A program made the position numbers and the translations under genes. From Raillietiella orientalis (lineage: Eukaryota): a stretch of DNA of 64,000 nt. The stretch is from positions 2,046,001-2,110,000 of the forward strand of contig JAYWIR010000025.1 of assembly GCA_036172245.1 (NCBI GenBank), read 5' to 3'. Shown here one piece after another: positions 37,014-48,900 of this stretch. Under the pieces are notes generated by a model. The model saw only the letters and a program-made list of their open reading frames with translations, was not told the DNA's origin and did no database searches. Each line of letters begins with the position of its first letter. Within the stretch, counting starts at the first letter, position 1.

Positions 37014-38268
37014 TATTCCTGAGCAAGTTTCAGTAATCTTATTCTCGCATATATTTAGGAATTGTTATTAATATACAATATACTGTCATAATTCAATAAA
37101 TGGTGTGCATCAAAAAAAAACACTTGTTTTATACATTGTAAGGTTTTTATTAGTCAGAGATATCTTGCACTAGAAGCTTTCACAAAACAAGAGTATGCAT
37201 GCATTATTTATTCCAACATTTTTTTTTTTTCTGTTGTGCAAGCAGAAACACTGGATTTGTAAGTGACTGATTGCATTCTTTAAATGTTTCCAAATTTTTT
37301 AAATCCATTTTAAACTCCTCATGATTGACAGCATTGGGCTATACAGGCCACAATGTAGAGAATGTGAAATCAAACCTAATTGCAATCAGTCATAATGTAA
37401 GTAACATTGGTAACATAGGTTTGTACATGTATACTGATACAAACCAATTCAAATTAGTGGGGGTATGTTTTTGTGAATACTTCAACTTCTCAACCATCAA
37501 ATGACTAGTATTTATGAAGAATAAAAACAGTGAAGTTGTTCAGGCATACCTTGACAGTTTCATGGATGACATTGCTATAGCTTTCTGTTGTTTTTACTTG
37601 TCATCCTATTAAAAAAGGGTGCTCTGCCAAATTTGAAAATCTCGTGGTTTGCATATGGCCTACAATGCACTGCAGAAACCTGCCTTAGATCCTTGAGCTG
37701 AGTGCCTTATTAAGTAAGATCTCTCCCCTTTCTTTAGCTGTTGATTTTGAAAGTACTACTTGCACCAATTCCTCTTCCATTTTCCGAAAGAAATTTCATT
37801 ACAATTCCTTGGCACATGATCATGCTGGTCATATGGTTTGGGTTTTCAGCATAACTACATGGTTTCCACGCATTGCAGTGAATGTAATGTAAACCACAAT
37901 GACATCCCATATATCTGGTTTGCAACAACCAAACTAAATGTAATGCAAACCCAAAAGTTCACCAAGTACACAATCATTTTAATCGGTGACTTTCGTTTGT
38001 AACCTTTGATTAATAATATTTTTCAAAGATAAGCTGAGTGAATACGGACATAAGAGTTCAGGAGTGTTTGCGTATATTGCTTGGGTGATGTTTCTGTGTG
38101 AGAGTTTGCAGATTCAAATTGGCAATGCGTATGAAATCCAAATGAGAATATTGCCTCGAAAAGCAGTTATTCTGTGATCATTTAGAATGGCAAAATTGAA
38201 GAGATTTCGGTTCAGTCCAAGAGCACTTTTGCCAGATCCAAACGACACGTGGAAAGTTCGTAATTTGC

Positions 38269-38410
38269 AGTCCCGACCAAAAAAAGGCAAAAATCCAAGA
38301 TAAGCACTGTTGGTAGGCCTGGAAAATAGAGTATGGATTCATGAGCTAGATGGAAATCTTGCCAAGTTTTTTCCTGATGTTTTGAACTTTTCTAGCCTAA
38401 TATTATATTT
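38269..38410. repeat. ~140 bp direct repeat, copy 2
   Basis: Near-identical to 35657-35798, same orientation, with a few substitutions. Confidence 0.92.
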
Positions 38411-40482
38411 CAATGTACTTCGCATAGTTAAATTACACCCTGGTCAACTTTGCGTGCCTGCCTAGGTTTTCGAACACCTTAACTTCATCGCACGTTCCAC
38501 GAATTCCAGTTAGATGATCCAGTCTTTTTACAGAAGGCAGCCTTTTCGCCTACTGAAGAGAAGCATTGCTTTTTCTTGCTGTAATTTCCAGTTTCTGGTT
38601 GAATCCTGCAAAAGCATTTTTCAAATTGTCTTTGCCATCTTAAGTAGATTTCATCCAGGACTTAAAAAGTGCATTTCATCACTAATGGCAAAGAGTATAT
38701 TTGCACACGGCAAGTTTAACGGCAAAATTTACTACCGTTAATTTGTCATTGTGCTGAATTCCGCAACGCGCTTTTTTGTAGCTATTACAAGTTACTTTTT
38801 CGTTTATATCTATTTGCTTTAAACATTAGAGTTGATGCCAGAATGGTGAAACATGAAGTCCAAGATCATTGATCAACGGCCTTTAGTTAAATAGCTTATT
38901 AGGTAGCGATAGCTTTTTATTCATAAACTTATTTATTCTTAAATAATTAAAACCCTGTTTTGCGAAACTCCTTTTTCCGATTTTTCTCGCGGAAAGAAAG
39001 ATTAGTCTTTACATGGGTACTCCAATTTTTGAGCACATTATGAAGTGCCTTGATAGTATCGTTTCCGGTTATCTGCATTTCTGCACCTATTTAAATCCAT
39101 AAGTAAACTAGCAAAATCAGTTTTCTTGTTTCTAGAGGCTCGAAAGCATTGTAAATAACAAGCATTGTGATAAGAAGTCTTCATTTTTCTCTCTTCACCA
39201 CATATCGAGAATAATTCTGTTTCATTGCTTATATAAAGACATGCTCTTACTGAAAACCCGATGGATACATTTTTGTAAGCCTTGCTTAGTTTTTGCCTCT
39301 TGTCTTTACTGATTATGCTTCCATACTATGTCTTCTGTTTTTCCTTATTTTTTGATAAAAGAGTTTTTTATGACGATCAAACGTGCATTCCTTTACTTCT
39401 GTTTACTTTTTTCCCCTTCCTTGAGCGTTAGGAAGTGCCATTGAATAACTATTAATGAAATTTGCGAATCTAATTGCACTTCAGGAACATGAAATTTTCC
39501 TCAGAATTCTCTTTTGCTGTATTTTCTCTTGCCTTTGTTATTTTTTTGAATTACAGAGTTACTATCTTTCTGAAGATTTCGTGAACGTGCGTTTTCCTCT
39601 GCTGATGAGTTCCAGCTCCTGCTCTTGAACGTTTTGCTTCCTGGAATGATTTTGGTTTTGTATTATTCCTTGCTCCTTCGTTGAACATCAGTTTCAAGGG
39701 TTAAGGAGGGATTATTGCTAATGAGGCTATGCTATTAAAAATGTTGGTTCAAGAAAAAATGCAGGGGAAAATCTTAGTAGATTTGTCATTTAACAGTTCT
39801 CTCTATTACTCAAGTGCCGCATCCGAGTATTCTGATTTCGTGAAGATGGGAACGAAATGTAAAAGACAGTTTTGTGTAATCCGTGTCACAGACGAATCAG
39901 ATGAATTACTATTTACAGTTACTCAATCGACGTGATTGCTGACGTATTCAATCTTTGAAAAATTACCTTGCCGTCAATACAGCAGTGAAATTTCCTTTAT
40001 GGGATAAGTAGCTGACCAAAATGCCCTGAGCTTAATTAGCCAGGAAAATCAACGGAAGGGGTGCCTTTTTTTTTTTCCGTTTTTAATCTGGATACCGAGG
40101 CTCGCTGTAGGTGAGTGTCTTGAAATAGAAAAAAAAACAAGAAAAAAGACAAAGATAATGGCAGTAAGAGTGGTTATTTTTCTTCGCATCATTAAACACC
40201 GATGGCAGGTTTCGGGGCAGTCGGGGCAATGCTGGAGCATCCCATTTTCAGGAGACCTGCCTTCCTTCAAAGATGGCTAACGGCGGGCGGCGTTGGTTTA
40301 ACGTGCGAGCGGACGTCACGCGTTGCGTTGCTCGTCATGCATGCGTTGAGTCCGTGTAGAAGTGTAGTTAGTGTTTCTGAGATGGCGAAAGTTTTATAAA
40401 AATTTTATCATGTAAGTTTGCATATTACTTGAGTTTCTGTTGACAGTTTTGTAAGTATTTTCTATGACGATTTTTTTTTAAC

Positions 40483-42922
40483 ATGTTGAACACATGTGAG
40501 GCAACTGATAGATTGAAACTTTTACGTGAACGATCTCTGAAAAGGAAAAAACTGTTAGCTTTGCAGGTATGATTTGCATTTTGTTTACAAAATATTCATC
40601 TTAAGGTCATCTTACTGCTTCAATCGTAGTTGTGAAACTGTTTTTTTTCTTTTTTTAATTTATTTCGATCGTTTCTTCGTAAATTGTTTTAAGATCGATC
40701 GGGAGCATAGAAACTCCCGTCTTTTTTCAAAAAAGAAAAAGTGTACACGATTTTATACATTCAGGGCTTCCCAATGACTTCGCATAATTAGCAGTGAAAC
40801 AAAAATTTCGACCTCGGAATCATTATGATCATGATCATTAATTACCATGATATTATACTTCTCCCCATTTCACCAACCCATTTACTTGAAATTAATTTCC
40901 AAGTATTAGTCTGTGTACTTGTATGAGGAAGTTAAGATACAATGAACCTTTATAATTTTATCAGAACTTTTCTGAATGGGCACAAAATAATAAAATACAC
41001 CGTGTATTAGTGTGTATTGTTATTTTATTTTAATTGCCAATACTTTTTGTTGGATTGTGTTCACCAGATTATGTTATTGATGTTCGATTATAAAAGTTTA
41101 AACCTTTCATAATTGATCTGCTATTCAGAGAATTCAGCAATGTATGCCTTATGCATCAAGTCTATTTTTGAAGAAGATGATGGTACAGTTTCTTCTTGTT
41201 TGCTGAATTATTGTATTTTATAAATATAAAAATTATCAATGTAATTATATTTCTCATTCCATGCACATTGAATAAAGTTATATATTGAACATCAGTTGTG
41301 TGCATGTTTTCTAGTATTGGGTTGTTTGGGGAAAAACGCCCCACATATTTTTTTTTATCAACAAAATTTAAGAGTTTAAGAGAAAGAATGAAATTGAGTG
41401 AACTTTGAATTCACCTATTGCATATGAATTTTTAATTTAGCTATAGTAGATTATATATTTTTAGCTTTAATACAAAACTGAAATATTAATTACACATACC
41501 TCAGTTCATACAGTTCTCACTCCCTAATGAATCTGAGTGAATAATGATTTCCAGCCTTCAGTGTCAGATATCAACATTCAATTGCTTAATTAAAACTCAA
41601 AATGCTTCATGCTTTATATATAGATTTACAGTGTTGGTTACAACAGCTAGGTGCAAGTAGTGCAGACCAGTTGAAAGAAGTTCTAGGAATACACTCAGAA
41701 ACTATCTCAAAAAAATCATCAGACAGTTACGTTGATGACTGCCATCAGTTATTGGAGCCACGAGTTGAAGAAGTACCTGTGACTGACATTTATACTGACT
41801 CTTCAGCTTTCCTGAAAGTGAGGTGTCCCAGAAATCAGCTCAGCAGGTCTTTATGCTGCCTTGTAGGGAACTCAATCATCCAACCCACATAATGACTACT
41901 GTCAGCACTTTGTTGATACAGGCCAACGACCTCAAAATTTTATTAGAGATGTTGGTCTTGCTGATCGTTTTGAAGAATATCCCAAGCTTCGTGAACTCAT
42001 TCGTCTGAAGGATGAATTGATAGCTCAAACAGCCACACCCCCCATGTATTTGAAATGTAATCTTCATTCCTTCAACCTAAACAATCTTAAGTCAAAGTTT
42101 GATGTGATTCTTGTTGAACCTCCTCTGGAAGAATATCAGAGGACGCTAGGAGTCACTAACATGGATATGTGGACTTGGGAAGATATTCTGCAGTTAGATA
42201 TAGCAGAAGTGGCTGCTCCACGTAGTTTCATTTTTTTGTGGTGTGGATCATCTGATGGCTTGGATTTGGGCAGACAATGTTTACGAAAGTGGGGTTTTAG
42301 AAGATGTGAAGATATTTGTTGGGTGAGAACTAATACAAGAAATCCAGTTCATTCTAAAAACCTTGAGCCAAAAGCTGTTTTTCAACGAACAAAGGTAAAG
42401 TGTAAACTTAAGTATGAGCAAAAGCATTACAGTTGTTACAGGAACATTGTCTTATGGGTATCAAAGGCACTGTAAGGCGCTCAACAGATGTAGATTTTAT
42501 CCATGCAAATGTAGATATTGATCTCATCATCTCAGAAGAATCAGAATATGGATCCTTAGACAAGCCAGAAGAAATATTCCATATCATTGAGCACTTTTGT
42601 TTGGGCCGGCGCAGGTTAGTAGCATGAATTAACCGTATTCTCTTAAGTGTCTATCAGGTTACATTTGTTTGGTCGAGACAGCACTATCCGTCCTGGTTGG
42701 CTAAGTCTGGGTCCTATGCTAACCAACTCAAATTTCAATGCAGATACATATGAAAGTTATTTTGCCAATGGACAGTTAACAACTGGATGCACTGATCGTA
42801 TCGAGACATTGAGACCAAAGTCACCACCTCCTAAAAGCAAAGGGAGTAGTGCATCCAGAGTGAGGACAAACAGTGTTAGTGCATGGAATAGCTTTTCCAG
42901 AGGGCGTAGTAGAGCAAGATGA
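40483..42922 (+). CDS. METTL14: N6-adenosine methyltransferase non-catalytic subunit METTL14 (5 coding exons, ~406 aa)
   Basis: Exons 40483-40566, 41647-41817, 41867-42394, 42442-42614, 42658-42922 total 1221 nt and are in frame. Motifs: [106 protein letters not shown]. The start codon is less certain because further splice-like sites lie at 40412-40512. Confidence 0.96.
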
Positions 42923-44280
42923 CCAAAATAAATTCACACTTTTTATCATTTGGCTTTTGTGTATTTTATTGCCATAAAACTTTTGACCACAGGGTTGTTG
43001 CTAGGTCAGCTGATTATGCCCCTCTCATCTTGATATTTTGTTTGTAGAACGAAGTTTTGCATAGACTTCCTCAAAACAGCCCTCAATATCATTTACCTGC
43101 ATAAATACATTTTTGAGACAGCTTTCTTAGGGTATGTGTACAAGAGCTTAGGAATTCATGGCTGCTTGCAAAAATGAGGTCATATTGCAAGTCTGCAGCA
43201 CTACTGTAGTTGCCATAAGCAACACAGTTGGAATGAATGACGATAACAAATTGTTTGAGTGCATTCTACTCAACTTTAAGATTTTACTGATGTCTATGGA
43301 ATGCACAACTTTCGCTGCAGTACAAATGGGACTAAGAATGCTTTAGGTTTATTCATCAAAGTCGCATTTCTGCATAAACTTCTACTAAATGTGAAATGGA
43401 ATCAGCTGCTGGGCACACCATATTTGTTAAACACCCTTTGGATGGATGCAATCACTAGAGCATATGTAGACAGAGATGCATAAATGTAGACAAATCCAGC
43501 ATGTTAAAAAGAAGCATATTGCTTTCCTTTCTAGAACCTATTCCCCAAGAACTTAAGATCCTGCAAACAGACAGACCATAACAATATAACCTTTCCCAAA
43601 TAATTCAGGATTTTATCCCTGTGGTCCTTTTTTTTTTTTTTTAAATTTCACCCAAAACAATCCATGTGGAGGTACCATTAACTTATCAAACTATTACATG
43701 AAATACACTTCATACACAACCTTATAAATATTCACTTTCCCCACTGAGCTTTGATAACTGAAACCTATTCGATCTTACAAAGGAAAACTTTACCTTCATT
43801 AACAATCCAATGATTGAATTATGACTTTATATCATAATTGTGATCTTATAATTCTTAAGCAAAAATGAAATGGCTACAGTAAATGAGAAGTTTAAAACTT
43901 CCAATTAGCAAATACTTTACTTGAATTTCACAAAAAAACACTGCAACTTGTATTATACCATTATCCCTTCTTATAGTCATATTAAATAATGTACTAAGAT
44001 TAAAAACCAGCTATCCTGAAATAAATATTTAAATTTAGTTTTAAATAATTATGAATTATAGAAAAAATACAATTCACAAGAACATGCAAAAGAATTCATA
44101 ATAAAAAAAAATGCAATTCGTAAAAGTTCGCTGACTTTTGATTCCTTGAGTCTTTCCATATAATGCAATGAAAAAAATTAAGACTGCCCAATGCATTTTC
44201 ATATTTTTCAGAAGTACACACTGAACATCCAAAAACAAGCTTTAAAATTAACATGAATTGACTACACTAATGTTAACTAT

Positions 44281-45416
44281 TTATTTTTTTATTTCCGATG
44301 CATTTTCAGGAACAACTTTAGCTACTTTACGATATTCCTTCATACAGGTTTTAGGGCACTGCATTTCATTCCAGCTGATGGGGACCATCATAACACCTAC
44401 AAATGAATGTGAAAATGTTAAGCATTAACAAAAAGATTTTGTATATTCAGTTATGTAATCCTGATTGATAACATAACTCAGGAGGGATAATGATGTTCCT
44501 CAATCATTATTGACTACCATTCACTAACTTTTTTCATATACTTGCACATCAAAAAGTTCTGTAACATTCAACCAAATAACATGAAAAACTGGATATCTTG
44601 AAAACCAGTTTGCAAAGGAATCGTAAATACCTGCTTCACTTTGTGCTGTCACAACTCCTAACTCATTTTCAGCAGTTGAGAGAACATAAGCATTGGCATC
44701 ACCTAATGAAAGCTGAATAGGACTAAGAAACTTCAACCTTTTCATTTTATAAACTGAATTGATTTAAGAGTTTATAAAATAAGGATACAACTCTTGCAAG
44801 AACTATATCTCCTGGTCTAAAGCATTTGTATATTTCTATTTTATCCTTTTCTGTAGCTCTAACATCTTCTTTGCGGATGATTCCATTGAAGGGTTCTTTT
44901 AAAACTGTTTGCTCAATACAAATAATCCTGCATTTGCAAAAGCGGTTACATACGGAAGATATCTGTGGTACTGTTATGAAAATGACACACAATTGAAGTA
45001 TACATACTCTTGCAGTTACAATGCTTCCTGCTAAAGGTATAACAGTTTTTTCATTTCCTCTTATAACACTTATGCTCTTTTTCTATAATATAACAAAATT
45101 ACAAAAATTTGAAGCAGTGTTTTATAAATTCATTCACACAACTAATAAATCATGCACTAATTCATATCATACTAACAACTTGAGTCAGAACTTACCCCAT
45201 TATTTAAGTTTCTTATTGTCACATATCCTGCCAAACATGAATATATATATCCATTTTTCTCATAAGTTCCATGACCAGATACGTATTCTTCGGCCAAACT
45301 CAAACAGGTGCCTAAAACATAACTGTTTTCATTACAACTGAATTTAGCATGACAATTTAGTAACCACATCCATGCAATATCTTACCAGGAATGCAAATAT
45401 CATCTTCTCCATCCAT
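44281..45416 (-). CDS. EXOSC1: Exosome complex component CSL4 (6 coding exons, ~197 aa)
   Basis: Exons 45416-45386, 45311-45196, 45082-45008, 44962-44789, 44712-44631, 44396-44281 total 594 nt and are in frame, all GT-AG. Motifs: ICIPG, GHGTYEKNGYIYSCLAG, GSIVTAR, GIIRKEDVRATEKDK, FRPGDIVLARV, LSTAENELGVV, MVPISWNEMQCPKT..KEYRKVAK. Confidence 0.96.
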
Positions 45417-45834
45417 TGTTTTCCAACTTATCAAGGGCTTCCAATTTGTAAAATTTCATAACGGTATCATAATTCAATAAGTTTATGGGGAAAAAATTGC
45501 CACTTTCTTAATCCTTAATATGGTACAATGATGCACATAGTACTACACTCATAATTACAATTTCATAACTCGACGCTAATGCAGCGACTGAAATACTAAT
45601 CTGTATCGATTAACATCCTTTGAAACAGTTTCCCAACAAACAGGGGTGAATTGACACACACCTGCACAATTGCATTCAAACAAAAGTACAGCACCTACAT
45701 ACAAGGGTACCAATAACATTCTTATCGTATAAAATAAAACCTATTCCAATACTAGAACTGAAATAAAGCAGTTTATTAGCTAAATATGAAGAAGAAGCGA
45801 AGTAATTCACTCACCGGAAACTTTCGGGTAGTGG

Positions 45835-45990
45835 GAAAATGTATTTACACCTTTGTACATGTATACAACCCAAGCTGATTAACAATATGCTAAACGAAAC
45901 CAAAGATAATAAAATGGTTGTAAGTTCACGTTAAAAAATTTCCATAGAAAATTTGGCCGCTAGAAAAGGATATGGCGACCTGAACCTGTT
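45835..45990 (-). other. Probable non-coding first exon / promoter region of EXOSC1
   Basis: Strong minus-strand donor CCG|GTGAGT at 45835/45834 upstream of the ATG exon, with locally more CpG. Upstream boundary is a guess. Confidence 0.4.
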
Positions 45991-48900
45991 AATGCTGACT
46001 AAACTGTTTAGAAAACATGAACTATTTATTTACAGTACGGTATTTTATAAAACTTTATATCATATAAAAATAGTAAGTAATAAGCAAAGCAAGTAATTAC
46101 ATTTACTGCCAGATCCTTGGAATTCATTTGTATTGCATACAATATGTAAAACTTATTTGAGCTGTGAACTGGATGCTGATGTCAAGTTGCTCTTATGTGT
46201 GAATATCCCTGATTGAATGCAAAGTTCACGGAACTCGATGTTTCGTATAGTTGATAACCATTGGTTTATAAAATTAGTTAAGAAACGGAAAAGTGCCAAT
46301 TTTTCACAGAGGAATTTTATGCTGGAGGATCCTGATCGATTTTTTGCAGTTTATTCTAGTTCATTTTTACAATTTGAAAGTGATTATTCACATCCATGAA
46401 AACCAAATTTGCAAATGAAAAAGCGAAGCTCATGGTTAAACAGGTTTCACATTCAGTGCTTTCTGCTTAATCCTCAACTCTTTCGTTTTTTAATTTTCTT
46501 GTCTAAGGTGTTAGAAAACACTAGAATGTACTGAAGACAGATTAGATGTCATATCAGAAGTATTCTTGCTCATGCAATTCCAGTGCATCCATTATGTACG
46601 ATACGATTTCATCATAATTCTTGAGAAATTAGATTTCCAAATTGGGAAATTTACTTTAAAATAATAACAACCTGCCGAAAGTATAAAACATTGTAAGGGT
46701 GAACTTCAATTTCTTTAATAAAGAGGTAACGGGGTTGGGATTCTCTTCAGATAAAGGATTTCTTTCGAGCCGACACATTTCAATGTAAATCAAGAATAAA
46801 AAGGAAAGCTACACAAGAAAATAGATCAAGTTAACGAATGCAATCAAATGAGAAAATTAGCACAATTTTGATTCCCATTTTGATGTGTGATTTTGTTGTT
46901 TCCGAAGGTTCAGCTTTATGGTACAGAGCCCTTTATTCTCGAGTTGATGAAACAAGATGCATGCCTGAGTTGCAAATAACAAATATTATACCTTAAAAGA
47001 TATTTTGAAATATTGAAAATATATCGAGGAATATGAAGAACATAAAGAACTATTTAGATCGAAAAAAAAAAATGGAATAAATTTATATGGCTTCTCCTAC
47101 AGTTGACTCATTCTGGGATTCAATTTCTGAAATTACTTCGACTTGTAAAAGCATTACTTAAATTTTGCATCGATCTTAGATTACTCTTGAGTAATGGAAA
47201 GTACATCTAATTGACTGAAACAAACTTGTATCTTGAAACAAAAAGATGACATTGTAGACTGATCTTATGCTTCATCTAATGAGGTAAATTGAATAAAAGG
47301 CAACAATCTCGGATTCACAAGAGGAAAGCACTTTTGTACAGGAGAATCAGCAGAAACCGATGGCATCCGAGAACAGTTTTGATATTAAAAATGATACTTA
47401 AAGTCAGAATGTTACAGAAATATATACTTACGAAAGTTGCTACATCGATCTAAATCTCCAATGGTGATTTGTGAAACCCTCAATGATTTGATTAGCAAGG
47501 AAAGAACCGAAGAGAAAAAACATCGCCTTCTTCCTAATTCCCAGGAATTCGAACAGGCTATATGACTGAGATCGTTATAGTTGCTAATGTTATTAAAAAT
47601 TTCTTTTTCAGTTTCCTCATAGAAAATCCGAGCTTGAGTTTGAAAAGCTTGCATTTTTCAAAATAGGAAAAATGAAAGAAATGCAGATGTTTTCCTCAAA
47701 TTCCACTCAATTTAAATTCTAAAGATGCCTTATAATTCTAAAGATTAAAAATTAAAATACCAAAAGTGTACTAAAAATGAAATGGAAAAATAAACATGGA
47801 AATAAAACAGCGTAAACTGTGCAATTACAAGATGGAGTGTAAAAAAATAATTAGATTTCAATAAACTTTTGAAACTAATCTGGGATAATGTGAATTAAAA
47901 AAAAAGAAAAGGGAATAACGATTCCAGAAGCCAAGAAACAAAGTAACAAACCATCGTATTATAAGCATACTGAGGGGAAATAACAGTAAACCGCGAGTCA
48001 CATTCTGATAATCCTGAGGAGTGAATTCGACACCAAATCGTTGCCAGAAAAACTAATAATTTACGGGTATTTTGGCGAAATACCTGGATATCCAGAGGAA
48101 TAATGTATGAGTTTGCTGGTGGACAAGGAAGATGAATAAAAAATTCCCAAACACCTCCTAACAACGTAATTACGTCTAAATATACTCTACCACCTGCAAC
48201 CAGCAACTATGCAATTCAACATTCTAAAGGAACAGCATTTCAAATGCGACTAGAAATGCATTTTTCATATATTAAGGAAGAGTTATCCTAATATATCAAG
48301 AATGATTTTCAGGTAATCATGATAATAAATGAGCTGAAGACTGAAGAGGAACCAGGTGCAATCAAAGCAAATGTTTTAGCCTTTTTTTTTTTTCTTTTTT
48401 TTTTTACAAATGCAAAAGTTTGGACTCAGCTGTTCAGATGAACTGCTTCCTTTGGAACTTTTGAGACCGACAACAAAAGGTGTTTTTCTCAAAGGATACT
48501 GAATATAAAATATGCAATGTAATTTTTTTGTCGACGTCTTAAAATCAATTATTAATGCCATTCAGATTCTTAAATGCTTGCTTAGATATGTTCTTCGTTT
48601 AGTAGTAGTATTTTCTTAATTCCTTCAAGCCAAGTACACTATTGCCTTCAAGAAACATTCCAAAGTAGAAGATTGAGCCATGGGGGTTTCTATTACCAAC
48701 TTCTCTTCGAGGAGCATCTCGACTTATTTCTGTGCTGAAAAGTTTGAAATCATATGCATCGAATTATTTTTTGTAGTTAAAAATGGCATGAAATACACAT
48801 GGCATATTAAACCTCATAAGATATATTGCCGAAAGATGAGGATGCCAGGTCCGATTCCACTGAAAAAAATTCGGTAAAGGATTCATTGCAACCATTAGCC

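Noticed and set aside
43020..43570. Extra minus-strand exons between METTL14 and EXOSC1
   Set aside because: Acceptor-like sites exist but frames close quickly and no product is recognisable.
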